DNA of 63,039 bases, filler included, from Octopus bimaculoides (Eukaryota): assembly GCF_001194135.2 (NCBI RefSeq). It is 5 parts of 5 records of this genome, joined end to end, with 100 filler letters (N's around TTAATTAATTAA, not from the genome) between each part and the next. Parts side by side here need not be neighbours in the genome. Positions count along the whole stretch, not along the records: positions 1 to 22,266 come from NC_068988.1; 4 more parts are not named here. One strand, given 5' to 3'. Below, piece by piece: positions 1 through 12,802 of this stretch. A program made the position numbers and the translations under genes. The notes beneath the pieces are model-generated. The model was not told the origin of the DNA, did not search any database, and saw only the letters and a list, made by a program, of their open reading frames with translations. The first letter of the stretch is position 1; every line of letters starts with the position of its first letter.

Positions 1-130
1 AGAGATTAACGGTTCAGTGTGCATGAGTATATCTATGTATATGTATACGCACACATACATACACTCACACACACTACGCACACGCCTGTTTAGCCATCAT
101 ATGACTGTATACACAGACACGTCTTTCATT

Positions 131-174
<44 letters not shown>

Positions 175-225
175 TACATGATTTGTACTTTTGCTTTCCG
201 TTTGCGTCGCGAATGTTAATTGCGT

Positions 226-400
226 GATGGGTGTCGACTTGTAGCATAGACCATTAGACTAGAGGGGTAAAATGACTGTACATTTGTGAGTTCAATTCTC
301 GAGCTGGTTGACATCTTGTATCCTTGAACAAGGTATTTCATATCACGTTGCTCCAACTCACTCAACTGTAAATTGTGAGTGACATGAACCCTGTTTTTGC
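226..400 (+). mobile_element. Degenerate tRNA-derived SINE with CORE-like central segment
   Basis: B-box-like gagttcaattc is followed by tatccttgaacaaggtatttcatatcacgttgctccaactcactcaactgtaaat, which resembles the CORE/V-SINE-type central motif. The copy is heavily diverged. Confidence 0.5.
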
Positions 401-535
401 TAAATGATTAAAGTGCCTATGACTCCTCATTCGCATAATCACCGAACCTGGAGCTTAACTATAGTCTCTCCAAAGCACTTACTCACCGTATTACCTGACA
501 CCTTCGGGTCTTCTTGACACCATTACCTCTCATAA

Positions 536-540
<5 letters not shown>

Positions 541-581
<41 letters not shown>

Positions 582-845
582 CACACACACATATATACGC
601 ATATACCTATTTACTAACGCAGCTATCTCCCTTTCCCTCTCCCTCTCTCTCTCTCTCTTTCTTTCCCCTCTGCCTCTCATTCCCTCCCCTCTCTCTCTCT
701 ATATATATATAGAGAGAGAGAGAGAGAGGGAAGGGATGAGAGGGAGGGAGGGAGGGAGAGAGCTGCGTTAGTAGATAGGTNNNNNNNNNNNNNNNNNNNN
801 NNNNNNNNNNNNNNNNNNNNNNNNNNNNNNNNNNNNNNNNNNNNN

Positions 846-882
<37 letters not shown>

Positions 883-1081
883 CACACACACATATATACG
901 CATATACCTATTTACTAACGCAGCTATCTCCCTTTCCCTCTCCCTCTCTCTCTCTCTCTTTCTTTCCCCTCTGCCTCTCATTCCCTCCCCTCTCTCTCTC
1001 TATATATATATAGAGAGAGAGAGAGAGAGGGAAGGGATGAGAGGGAGGGAGGGAGGGAGAGAGCTGCGTTAGTAGATAGGT
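541..1081. other. Assembly artefact: duplicated contig ends across a gap
   Basis: 541-780 recurs essentially identically at 846-1081, on the other side of the N run at 781-845. Confidence 0.85.
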
Positions 1082-1411
1082 ATATACGTACATATGTATA
1101 TATATTTGTGCACGTGTGTGTATAAGTATGTATATATATATATATACATATATTTATATATACACACACACATTGATAGATTCACATGTGCATACAGACG
1201 TATATACATACATGAGTACATGCATGCATACCAACATTCATACACACGTTCTTACATCCATTGATTAGATGTCAGAAAGACATAGGAGTTGATTGATAGG
1301 TTTCTAAAATAATGAATCATCATCAGTCCCCTTATAATTAATTCTTTAACTTGATATATAATCACTCGTGAAAAATAACATTGATTTCCTTTGACGTGGT
1401 TAGTTTTCCAG

Positions 1412-1457
1412 TGTCAGCAAAAGATACAAACAATTACACTGCTTCTGTTTATTTCAG
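1412..1457 (+). CDS. Weak candidate exon (CQQKIQTITLLLFIS+G, phase 0 to 1)
   Basis: Acceptor tagttttccag and donor CAG|gtactt bracket an open frame. No recognisable homology. Confidence 0.15.
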
Positions 1458-2030
1458 GTACTTGTGTGTTTTTTTTTGGGGGGGGGTCGTTCTTTTTTCT
1501 GCCAGCAGCATGAATGAAACCTCTCTGTAACTTCCAGCCCTGGCGGTGACATAGATTTCTTGATCAAAGCCACAACATCTGACTAAACAAATTTTGAGTG
1601 GTTGCACACATATCCTGTCCCCTACACCCGTGTGTGGTCCCGAACATTTTCGGTGCTGTAGCGGTAGGGTCCGAAAAAAACCTACTGAGCTACCTCACTG
1701 CTTGCAAAAACATTGGATCTATCACTCTGTGACGGTGTACAGCAACATCCTCGGCACGTAGACGCTTTACTCAAATACCTGGTACGTAATTGCATTCACT
1801 TCCCGATAGATGAACGAAAGATAATTTGAATGTGAATCCGGAAGAAGGAAGCTAGAAACCAATTACCGAAAAACAATTATTCCGTCGCCAATTTCGCAAC
1901 CCTAATTATGAGAAAAACCGATGGCTGCCATGGTCACAAATGAAATAAAGAATTGGGGAGGCAGATGGTGTTGAGTGGGGAAACGCTGAGAAGAAAGAAC
2001 AATTAAATGAGGAAGACAATAGGTAAGCAT

Positions 2031-2302
2031 TTATGTATGTATGTATGTATGTATGTATGTATGTATGTATGTATGTTTGTATGTATGTATGTATGTATGT
2101 ATGTATGTATGTATGTATACGTATATGTATGAATGTATGTATGTATGTGTATATGTATTTGTGTGTGTATGTATGTATCAAAGTGTGTACGTATGTGTGT
2201 ATACATGTATGTATGTGTGCATATATACACGTACGTAAGTGTATATCCATATTTGTTTGTATGCATGTAACTACATATGTATCTTTGTATAAATGTTTGT
2301 AC

Positions 2303-2347
<45 letters not shown>

Positions 2348-2350
2348 ACA
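2031..2350. repeat. (TATG)n / (TG)n microsatellite tract
   Basis: Directly visible simple repeats. Confidence 0.95.
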
Positions 2351-3043
2351 AATAATATATGAGTATATGCATAAATACGTACATGTATGTACATACCTAC
2401 ATCTACATGTATATATAGATGCATATCTGGGTACATGACGTTGCAAAAAGACGTGGACAAAACGATAAACAGAGTACAGAAAACACACAGGCCACATAGA
2501 GAACATTTCCTTCATCACCTGCCACCATTCTAAAACTAAGCGTTTCGAAGAGTTAGGGCAGGACGCATTGTTAGAATGGCTCTTCCCACGGACAACAAAT
2601 TGAATTTGTACCGTGGAGGAAGGAATGTAGTGGCGGACAGAAAACAAGACAGGAAAACGAAATAGTGAAAATGAACAAGAAAGGCTATACGGCCAGACGT
2701 GAAAATATATATGTATCTATGTATATTTGTCTGTATGCAGGCAAGCATGGATGTACGTATGTATATATGGTTAAGAAAAGTGTAAACAATTAGAAACAGC
2801 CAGAAGCAATATGAAAGGCCATACTCGTCTAACTAGTCGGCAGTCATCGTATATATCCGTGTATGCTCGTGTGCATGGGTATTTGATGTTGATGGGTTGA
2901 GTAACAATTCGGATTAAAACAAATGGGTGGGGACGAAAAGGGTTTGTAGTAAAGTAGGGCAGGTCGTGTACGTATGAAGTTAAAATTATGGGGGCTGAGT
3001 TGAGAGGGGTGATAGTTGGAGGAGATGCTTTAGCACGAGAATC

Positions 3044-3046
3044 ATG

Positions 3047-3077
<31 letters not shown>

Positions 3078-3175
3078 ATGTCATCATTGTCGTCGTTGTC
3101 ATCATCGTCGTCGTCGTCATCATCATTAGCAGTCGCAGTAGTAGTAGTAGCAGCACCACCAGCAGTAGCAGCAGA

Positions 3176-3236
<61 letters not shown>

Positions 3237-3256
3237 ACATCATCATCATCATCATC
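3044..3256. repeat. Compound trinucleotide microsatellite (CAT/CGT/AGT/GCA)
   Basis: Directly visible. It explains the poly-I/S/L ORFs. Confidence 0.95.
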
Positions 3257-4874
3257 GGTCGGGTATCGAACTCAAATTATCATGATTGTGAGCTCGACAC
3301 TCTAACCAGTCATCCATATACATATACATGCGTATAAGTGTGTGTGTGCGTGTGTATGTGTGTGTGTGTGCGTGTGTATGTCTGTGTGTTTGTGTGTGTG
3401 TGCGTGTGTATGTCTGTGTGTTTGTGTGTCTGTGTTTGTGTGTCTGTGTGTTTGTGTGTCTGTGTGTTTGTGTGTCTGTGTGTGGAATCCAACAGCTTCG
3501 TCGATTGGATCCAGCTCTAGGATCAAGTGAACTATATTAATCTAACGCAATGTGAATACCAGCGTCATACAGAGAGTCTGGACCTTTAAAATACAGATAA
3601 AATCTATCGAATGTGCTCCGCACAGTTTTCGATCTCCGCACAGTTTTCGATCTCCGCAGTTCTACATACAGCGCCTAAGTGTCTCTAGTAAAGAATACTT
3701 ACTTAAGATGCCAAGCAATAAAATCGAACTCGGATCTTATGAATGCGAAGCGGAATTCGGCCATCAAATGTTCAACGGTAACACATGTAGTTATAAACTT
3801 GTATACATATATATATGCGCACATGCAGGGATACATTCATATCCATAGACATAAATACACACACACACACACGCGCGCATGCACACACACGAACGCACAC
3901 ACACACATACATGTTTGTGTGTGTGTGAATGTTTGTGTGTGCGCACAAACGTGTGTGTATATGCACAAATATATGCACAAGCATATTTGCATACATACAG
4001 AGTTATACATACATTCATCCCTATACACATTCACTCATGCACAATTACCACACACGACCATACATCATAAATATATGTTCATATATATACATATATATAN
4101 NNNNNNNNNNNNNNNNNNNNNNNNNNNNNNNNNNNNNNNNNNNNNNNNNNNNNNNNNNNNNNNNNNNNNNNNNNNNNNNNNNNNNNNNNNNNNNNNNNNN
4201 NNNNNNNNNNNNNNNNNNNNNNNNNNNNNNNNNNNNNNNNNNNNNNNNNNNNNNNNNNNNNNNNNNNNNNNNNNNNNNNNNNNNNNNNNNNNNNNNNNNN
4301 NNNNNNNNNNNNNNNNNNNNNNNNNNNNNNNNNNNNNNNNNNNNNNNNNNNNNNNNNNNNNNNNNNNNNNNNNNNNNNNNNNNNNNNNNNNNNNNNNNNN
4401 NNNNNNNNNNNNNNNNNNNNNNNNNNNNNNNNNNNNNNNNNNNNNNNNNNNNNNNNNNNNNNNNNNNNNNNNNNNNNNNNNNNNNNNNNNNNNNNNNNNN
4501 NNNNNNNNNNNNNNNNNNNNNNNNNNNNNNNNNNNNNNNNNNNNNNNNNNNNNNNNNNNNNNNNNNNNNNNNNNNNNNNNNNNNNNNNNNNNNNNNNNNN
4601 NNNNNNNNNNNNNNNNNNNNNNNNNNNNNNNNNNNNNNNNNNNNNNNNNNNNNNNNNNNNNNNNNNNNNNNNNNNNNNNNNNNNNNNNNNNNNNNNNNNN
4701 NNNNNNNNNNNNNNNNNNNNNNNNNNNNNNNNNNNNNNNNNNNNNNNNNNNNNNNNNNNNNNNNNNNNNNNNNNNNNNNNNNNNNNNNNNNNNNNNNNNN
4801 NNNNNNNNNNNNNNNNNNNNNNNNNNNNNNNNNNNNNNNNNNNNNNNNNNNNNNNNNNNNNNNNNNNNNNNNNN

Positions 4875-4946
<72 letters not shown>

Positions 4947-5539
4947 CGTACGAACTTGTATATATAATCGAGTGAACTTGACTATTTGCAAACGAACACA
5001 AAGTACCTATTTACACTAACACATATAAATGCGGACTCTAAACGCATTAGCTCACACACGCGCGCACATTCACAGCGTATGTGATAGTATGTGTGCGTGT
5101 GAGTGTGTGTGTGTGAGAGAGAGAAAGAGAGAGAGAGAGTTTCAAACACGTACACACCCGCACACTTCCATATACCACACAATGGCACCTACTTCAGTTT
5201 TTCATTAATGACCTCAGATCACTTTGTACTGCAAGTTGCGTGGAGTCCGTTCTCTGTGAAGTCTCCAATGTTGGCATCGCTAAATATGAACACGGTCCTC
5301 GCATCAAACGCACAATCTATGGCCGTTCCTATTCACCTGCATTTCTCCTCACGGCTGGCCTTGAAGTCTCTCTTTTGCATGTCTTTGAACCCATTTAAAC
5401 ATAACGACGTTTTAATAACTATATTGCATACCCACATACACACACAAACACGCACAAACGCGCGCGTACTCTCTTTTTCTATATCTATTTGTATCAATCT
5501 ATCTCTCTATATATCTATCTATCTATCTATCTATTTATT

Positions 5540-5574
<35 letters not shown>

Positions 5575-5581
5575 CTATCTA

Positions 5582-5621
<40 letters not shown>

Positions 5622-5635
5622 GATCTATCTGTCCA

Positions 5636-5684
<49 letters not shown>

Positions 5685-5799
5685 ATGTATCTATATATAT
5701 AATATATACATATCTCTCTTTCTATCTATTTACCCATCTACCTTTCTTTCTACTTTTATCTCAATATTTTCAACGTCCTTAATATTATTATCATTATTA

Positions 5800-5839
<40 letters not shown>

Positions 5840-6067
5840 CATTATCATTAGCCCTTTTCCTCTTCCTTTCTGATGTTTAGATTTCTATCTATCTATCTAT
5901 CTATTTATCTGCCTGCCTGTCTGTCTGCTTGCTTACCTACCTTCCCAGCTACCTATATATATATATATATATATCGATCGCTCGATCGTCCATACGTCCC
6001 ATCTATCTCTCTATCTGTCTGGCTATCTACCTAACTACCTACCAACCTAGCTATCTTTATATATATG

Positions 6068-6100
<33 letters not shown>

Positions 6101-7309
6101 GTNNNNNNNNNNNNNNNNNNNNNNNNNNNNNNNNNNNNNNNNNNNNNNNNNNNNNNNNNNNNNNNNNNNNNNNNNNNNNNNNNNNNNNNNNNNNNNNNNN
6201 NNNNNNNNNNNNNNNNNNNNNNNNNNNNNNNNNNNNNNNNNNNNNNNNNNNNNNNNNNNNNNNNNNNNNNNNNNNNNNNNNNNNNNNNNNNNNNNNNNNN
6301 NNNNNNNNNNNNNNNNNNNNNNNNNNNNNNNNNNNNNNNNNNNNNNNNNNNNNNNNNNNNNNNNNNNNNNNNNNNNNNNNNNNNNNNNNNNNNNNNNNNN
6401 NNNNNNNNNNNNNNNNNNNNNNNNNNNNNNNNNNNNNNNNNNNNNNNNNNNNNNNNNNNNNNNNNNNNNNNNNNNNNNNNNNNNNNNNNNNNNNNNNNNN
6501 NNNNNNNNNNNNNNNNNNNNNNNNNNNNNNNNNNNNNNNNNNNNNNNNNNNNNNNNNNNNNNNNNNNNNNNNNNNNNNNNNNNNNNNNNNNNNNNNNNNN
6601 NNNNNNNNNNNNNNNNNNNNNNNNNNNNNNNNNNNNNNNNNNNNNNNNNNNNNNNNNNNNNNNNNNNNNNNNNNNNNNNNNNNNNNNNNNNNNNNNNNNN
6701 NNNNNNNNNNNNNNNNNNNNNNNNNNNNNNNNNNNNNNNNNNNNNNNNNNNNNNNNNNNNNNNNNNNNNNNNNNNNNNNNNNNNNNNNNNNNNNNNNNNN
6801 NNNNNNNNNNNNNNNNNNNNNNNNNNNNNNNNNNNNNNNNNNNNNNNNNNNNNNNNNNNNNNNNNNNNNNNNNNNNNNNNNNNNNNNNNNNNNNNNNNNN
6901 NNNNNNNNNNNNNNNNNNNNNNNNNNNNNNNNNNNNNNNNNNNNNNNNNNNNNNNNNNNNNNNNNNNNNNNNNNNNNNNNNNNNNNNNNNNNNNNNNNNN
7001 NNNNNNNNNNNNNNNNNNNNNNNNNNNNNNNNNNNNNNNNNNNNNNNNNNNNNNNNNNNNNNNNNNNNNNNNNNNNNNNNNNNNNNNNNNNNNNNNNNNN
7101 NTCTTCTACTTCTCTTATTCTTTTTCTTCTTCCTTCACTTCCTCATCTTCTTCTTCTTCTTCTACTTCTCTTTTTCTTTTTCTTCTTCCTCTTCCTCTTC
7201 TTCTTCGTCCTCTTCTTCTTCTTCTTCTTCTTCTTCTTCTTCTACTTCTCTTCTTTTTCTTCTTTCTTCACTTCTTCTTCTTCTATCTCTTCTCTTCTTC
7301 CTCTTCTTC

Positions 7310-7341
<32 letters not shown>

Positions 7342-8693
7342 CTTCTTTTACTACTTCTTCTCTTCTTCTTCTTCTTTTGTATCCTCTTCGCTTTCGTCGT
7401 CGTCATCGTCGTCGTTGTAAAACTATGCAGGCATATGTGTAACCCTCACACACACGTGTGGGAGTGTGCGAATATGTACGTGTGTGCCTCTGCGTATGTG
7501 CGTGCACGTGCGCGCGCGCGTGCGTTTGTGCTTGTCTTTGTGTGTGCGCGTGTGTTTGGGTCACATTTTATTGTTGTATAACATCAATTAAGTTATGTCA
7601 GACAGTGATTAAAACATTATCTGATGGAAAATTCTATACGAAAATAGAGCGTCAAATAAGTATATTTTATGTCATAAAAGGTGACAGTTACTAATTAGAA
7701 TATAAGTAATCTTACCATTTATGATCTAAAAAATATATAAACAAATATATGTGTGAGTGTGTGAGTGCGTGTGCATACATGTATGTGTATATATNNNNNN
7801 NNNNNNNNNNNNNNNNNNNNNNNNNNNNNNNNNNNNNNNNNNNNNNNNNNNNNNNNNNNNNNNNNNNNNNNNNNNNNNNNNNNNNNNNNNNNNNNNNNNN
7901 NNNNNNNNNNNNNNNNNNNNNNNNNNNNNNNNNNNNNNNNNNNNNNNNNNNNNNNNNNNNNNNNNNNNNNNNNNNNNNNNNNNNNNNNNNNNNNNNNNNN
8001 NNNNNNNNNNNNNNNNNNNNNNNNNNNNNNNNNNNNNNNNNNNNNNNNNNNNNNNNNNNNNNNNNNNNNNNNNNNNNNNNNNNNNNNNNNNNNNNNNNNN
8101 NNNNNNNNNNNNNNNNNNNNNNNNNNNNNNNNNNNNNNNNNNNNNNNNNNNNNNNNNNNNNNNNNNNNNNNNNNNNNNNNNNNNNNNNNNNNNNNNNNNN
8201 NNNNNNNNNNNNNNNNNNNNNNNNNNNNNNNNNNNNNNNNNNNNNNNNNNNNNNNNNNNNNNNNNNNNNNNNNNNNNNNNNNNNNNNNNNNNNNNNNNNN
8301 NNNNNNNNNNNNNNNNNNNNNNNNNNNNNNNNNNNNNNNNNNNNNNNNNNNNNNNNNNNNNNNNNNNNNNNNNNNNNNNNNNNNNNNNNNNNNNNNNNNN
8401 NNNNNNNNNNNNNNNNNNNNNNNNNNNNNNNTTTTCATAGAGAAATTCCAACCATTTCTTAACACACACACCCCTCAGTGACCTTATTTCTCTATGAACA
8501 GACACAAACTTCCTGCTGAAAAAGAGTTCATAACTCCAACTAAAAACACTTGTCTCCCCTTACACACACTTCCTATTTTGACACCACATTTCCTGCTTAA
8601 CACAAACTTTTAACCCTTTTTTTAAACCTAACAAAACTCTCAACTCTCATGCATCCTTATTTTTCCTACCAGTTTATACATGAACTACTATTG

Positions 8694-8797
8694 AACTACA
8701 TGGTTCTGGGTTCAGTCCCACTGCGTGGCACCTTGAGCAAGTGTCTTTTACTATAGCCTCGGGCTATAGTAGAAGACGGAAACTGAAAGAAGCCCGT

Positions 8798-8843
<46 letters not shown>

Positions 8844-8974
8844 TGTGTATATGTTTGTGTGTCTGTGTTTGTCCCCCCAGCATCCACCGATGGTGGTGTG
8901 TTTACGTCCCCGTAACTTAGCGGTTCGGCAAAAGATACCGATAGAATAAGTACTAGGCTTACAAAGAATAAGTC
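8694..8974 (+). mobile_element. SINE family A (tRNA head, CORE-like segment, internal TA/GT microsatellite), truncated at both ends
   Basis: Near-identical to the full copy at 9310-9737 (ggttcagtcccactgcgtggcacctt...gtactaggcttacaaagaataagtc). Confidence 0.9.
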
Positions 8975-9272
8975 AGTCCCACTGCATAACACCTTGGGCA
9001 AGTGTCTTCTATAACCTCGGGCCGACCAAATCCCTGTGTGTGGATTGTGTGGACGGGAAATGAATGAAATTCCTTGCATATATGCTGTGTATGGGGGGAG
9101 GGGCTTTCTCTCCACCGCTTGACAACTAGTGTTAGCGAGTTTATGTCCCCATAACTTAGCGATTCAGCAAAAGAAACCCATCGAATAAGTATCAGGTTTA
9201 AAAAAATAAATGCTTGTGTCAATTCGTATACAGTATAGTCGCAGTCTCATGTATGAAACAAGTAAAAGAATA
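8975..9272 (+). mobile_element. Older diverged SINE family A copy
   Basis: Collinear but diverged match to family A, from agtcccactgc to the gtaaaaga tail. Confidence 0.8.
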
Positions 9273-9309
9273 AAGTAACAGATGAATAAACGGACAAATA
9301 TAGAGAATA

Positions 9310-9481
9310 GGCGCAGGAGTGGCTGTGTGGTAAGTAGCTTGCTTACCAACCACATGGTTCCGTGTTCAGTCCCACTGCGTGGCACCTTGGGCAAGTGTCT
9401 TCTACTATAGCCTCGGGCCGACCAAAGCCTTGTGAGTGGATTTGGTAGACGGAAACTGAAAGAAGCCCGTCGTATATATGC

Positions 9482-9525
<44 letters not shown>

Positions 9526-9737
9526 CTGTGTTTGTCCCCCCAACATCGCTTGACAACCGATGGTGGTGTGTTTACGTCCCCGTAACTTAGCGGTTCGGCA
9601 AAAGAGACCGATAGAATAAGTACTAGGCTTACAAAGAATAAGTCCTGGGGTCGATTCGCTCGACTAAAGGCGGTGCTGCAGCATGGCCGCAGTCAAATGA
9701 CTAAAACAAGTAGAAGAGTGAAAGAGAGAGTAAAGAG
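9310..9737 (+). mobile_element. SINE family A, full-length
   Basis: A-box-like TGGCTGTGTGG, B-box-like GTTCAGTCC, CORE-like ccttgggcaagtgtctt, internal (TA)(TG)n and an A/G-rich tail. More than 10 related copies or fragments lie in the window. Confidence 0.95.
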
Positions 9738-10550
9738 AATGTAAAGTAGGGACAAAATAAAGAAATAAACAAAGAAAAATATAGAGAGAAGAGGCCAAGT
9801 TTGTTAAAGATAATGTACATGCTTCAGTAGCGCTACTTTGATGCATGGCAAAGAGGTTTAAACTGAGTTCCACTCACAGCTGATTCAGAAAGACTGGAAT
9901 GTCATTCATAGACCATTGATAATGGCACTAACATATACACACATGCATTTCATATGAATCCCCTCAGAAACATGCATACATATACATTTACATATACACG
10001 CTCTCAGACATATACACATCAGCTCTCACACAATATATTTATATCTAGAGTCTAACTTCATAAATAAATGTTGACTATTTTGTTTAAGTGATCTTACTCA
10101 TAAGTACACACATACATATACAGGCGATCTTCCCGATTTATACTTGATCAAAATATCCCACTATCGATTTTAAGAGTTAGGATATACTATACTATAGTTA
10201 AAATTGCATATTTGTACATTGAAACTACAGCCTAAACGTGCGGAATCAGATATAATCAAAGAAAATGAAGTACGGGAAACATAAACCTAGAAGCAAAAGG
10301 GATGCATTATACAGTTAACTGACAGTATTATTAGCGCACTAGAGTTCACGTTACTAGTTTAATTATTAGTATAACATAGGACCAGTGCTGCCTTTGTCAA
10401 CATCAGATAACTATTGTATGATATAATATGTCCATAGATTAAAGATATGTAATAATCATATTCATTATTACTACCCTTATATGGTAAAGCCGAATTGCAA
10501 ATGAAAATCGTACCAGTCTGGACAGGTGCTAGATAAGCAAAACAAGCTAT

Positions 10551-10770
10551 ACTCTCTACTCTTTTACTCTTTTACCTGTTTCAGTCATTTGACAAACGGC
10601 CATGCTGGAGCAACGCCTTTAGTCGAGCAAATCGACCCCGGGACTTATTCTTTGTAAGCCTAGTATTTATTTTATCGGTGTATTTTGCCGAACCGCTAAC
10701 TTACGGGGACGTAAACACAACAGCATCGGTTGTCAAGCGATGTTGGGGGGGGACAAATACACAAACATAT
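10551..10770 (-). mobile_element. SINE family A, 3' half
   Basis: Reverse complement of about 9530-9730. Confidence 0.9.
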
Positions 10771-10848
10771 GCATATATATATATATACACATATATACAC
10801 ACACACATATATATACATATATACTCACACACATATATATACATGTAT

Positions 10849-11017
10849 GGAGTGGCTGTGTGGTAAATAGTTTGCTTACCAGCCACATGGTTCCGGGTTC
10901 ATTCCCACTGTGTGGCACCTTGGGCAAGTGTCTTCTACTATAGCCTCGGGCCGACTAAAGCCTTGTGAGTGGATTTGGTAGACGGAATCTGAAAGAAGCC
11001 CGTCGTATATATATATA
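10849..11017 (+). mobile_element. SINE family A, 5' half running into a gap
   Basis: ggagtggctgtgtggtaa...gaagcccgtcgtatata matches 9316-9480. Confidence 0.9.
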
Positions 11018-12429
11018 NNNNNNNNNNNNNNNNNNNNNNNNNNNNNNNNNNNNNNNNNNNNNNNNNNNNNNNNNNNNNNNNNNNNNNNNNNNNNNNNNNN
11101 NNNNNNNNNNNNNNNNNNNNNNNNNNNNNNNNNNNNNNNNNNNNNNNNNNNNNNNNNNNNNNNNNNNNNNNNNNNNNNNNNNNNNNNNNNNNNNNNNNNN
11201 NNNNNNNNNNNNNNNNNNNNNNNNNNNNNNNNNNNNNNNNNNNNNNNNNNNNNNNNNNNNNNNNNNNNNNNNNNNNNNNNNNNNNNNNNNNNNNNNNNNN
11301 NNNNNNNNNNNNNNNNNNNNNNNNNNNNNNNNNNNNNNNNNNNNNNNNNNNNNNNNNNNNNNNNNNNNNNNNNNNNNNNNNNNNNNNNNNNNNNNNNNNN
11401 NNNNNNNNNNNNNNNNNNNNNNNNNNNNNNNNNNNNNNNNNNNNNNNNNNNNNNNNNNNNNNNNNNNNNNNNNNNNNNNNNNNNNNNNNNNNNNNNNNNN
11501 NNNNNNNNNNNNNNNNNNNNNNNNNNNNNNNNNNNNNNNNNNNNNNNNNNNNNNNNNNNNNNNNNNNNNNNNNNNNNNNNNNNNNNNNNNNNNNNNNNNN
11601 NNNNNNNNNNNNNNNNNNNNNNNNNNNNNNNNNNNNNNNNNNNNNNNNNNNNNNNNNNNNNNNNNNNNNNNNNNNNNNNNNNNNNNNNNNNNNNNNNNNN
11701 NNNNNNNNNNNNNNNNNNNNNNNNNNNNNNNNNNNNNNNNNNNNNNNNNNNNNNNNNNNNNNNNNNNNNNNNNNNNNNNNNNNNNNNNNNNNNNNNNNNN
11801 NNNNNNNNNNNNNNNNNNNNNNNNNNNNNNNNNNNNNNNNNNNNNNNNNNNNNNNNNNATACACACACATACGTACATACCTACGTACACACATAAATGC
11901 GTACATACATACATATATGCATACATACATATAGATATACGTGTGTGTATTTGTGTGTATGTGTGTGTGTGAGAGTGTTAAATGTGCTATTATTTCAAAT
12001 ATTTAATGGACACTGACCAAGAATGTTAAAGGGACGACTGAAGTTAGTGTTCAACCGAAGACTTAAAGCGTATTGCGTACGTGTGTAAAACCATGCATCA
12101 AACTACACATCTGTGTGTGCGTGTGTGTATGTGTATGTGTGTATGCTTGAAGATGCATGCGTGCGTTTATCGCTAGCTGTGTGTGAGACTATTTGGATGT
12201 ATGCCTTCGTGTGTACGTCTTCCTGTGTGTGAGTATAAAGCAGATCTGGAGACAGATTCCGCTGTCGACGGCTTTGGCGGATCACAGCCAGTTTTTAAAG
12301 ATGCTATAGAAAATCGTTTGAAGTAGGCCCGTGGGCCAAACCACTCATTTTCGATCTTATGTTGCTGACCAATCATTAAATATAGGCGCGGTCTCTTAAC
12401 TTCCTCCTGCCGTTTCCATCTCAGATTTA

Positions 12430-12770
12430 TTTTTAATAATTCTTTTTCCCTTTCATTCTTTCTTTCTGTCTTCTTCTCCTACTTTTTCTCTTTCTTCCTT
12501 CTCTGCCTTCTGTCTCTCTTTTTCTTTCCTTTTTTTCTTCCCTTCCTTCAATATTCATCAATTTATTTTTTCTCCCTTTCTTTTCCCTTCTTTCCCTATT
12601 TCCACTCTTTTCCTCCTTCGTATCATCCATTCTCTTATTTATTCTTCCTGTCCTTTTTTCTTTCTGCTAACATTCTTCTCTTTCAGTATTTCTTCTTCAA
12701 CGCTTTCATACTGTCTTCTATTTTCCGCGCTACTTTTCTATCGTTTTCCTTCTTTCTTCTTTCTTTCTAC

Positions 12771-12802
<32 letters not shown>

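Noticed and set aside
12201-12326. 41-aa ORF or exon DLETDSAVDGFGGSQPVFKDAIENRLK
   Set aside because: The acceptor lacks a pyrimidine tract, there is no recognisable homology, and it does not align with the 14996/18998 pair beyond the first residues.
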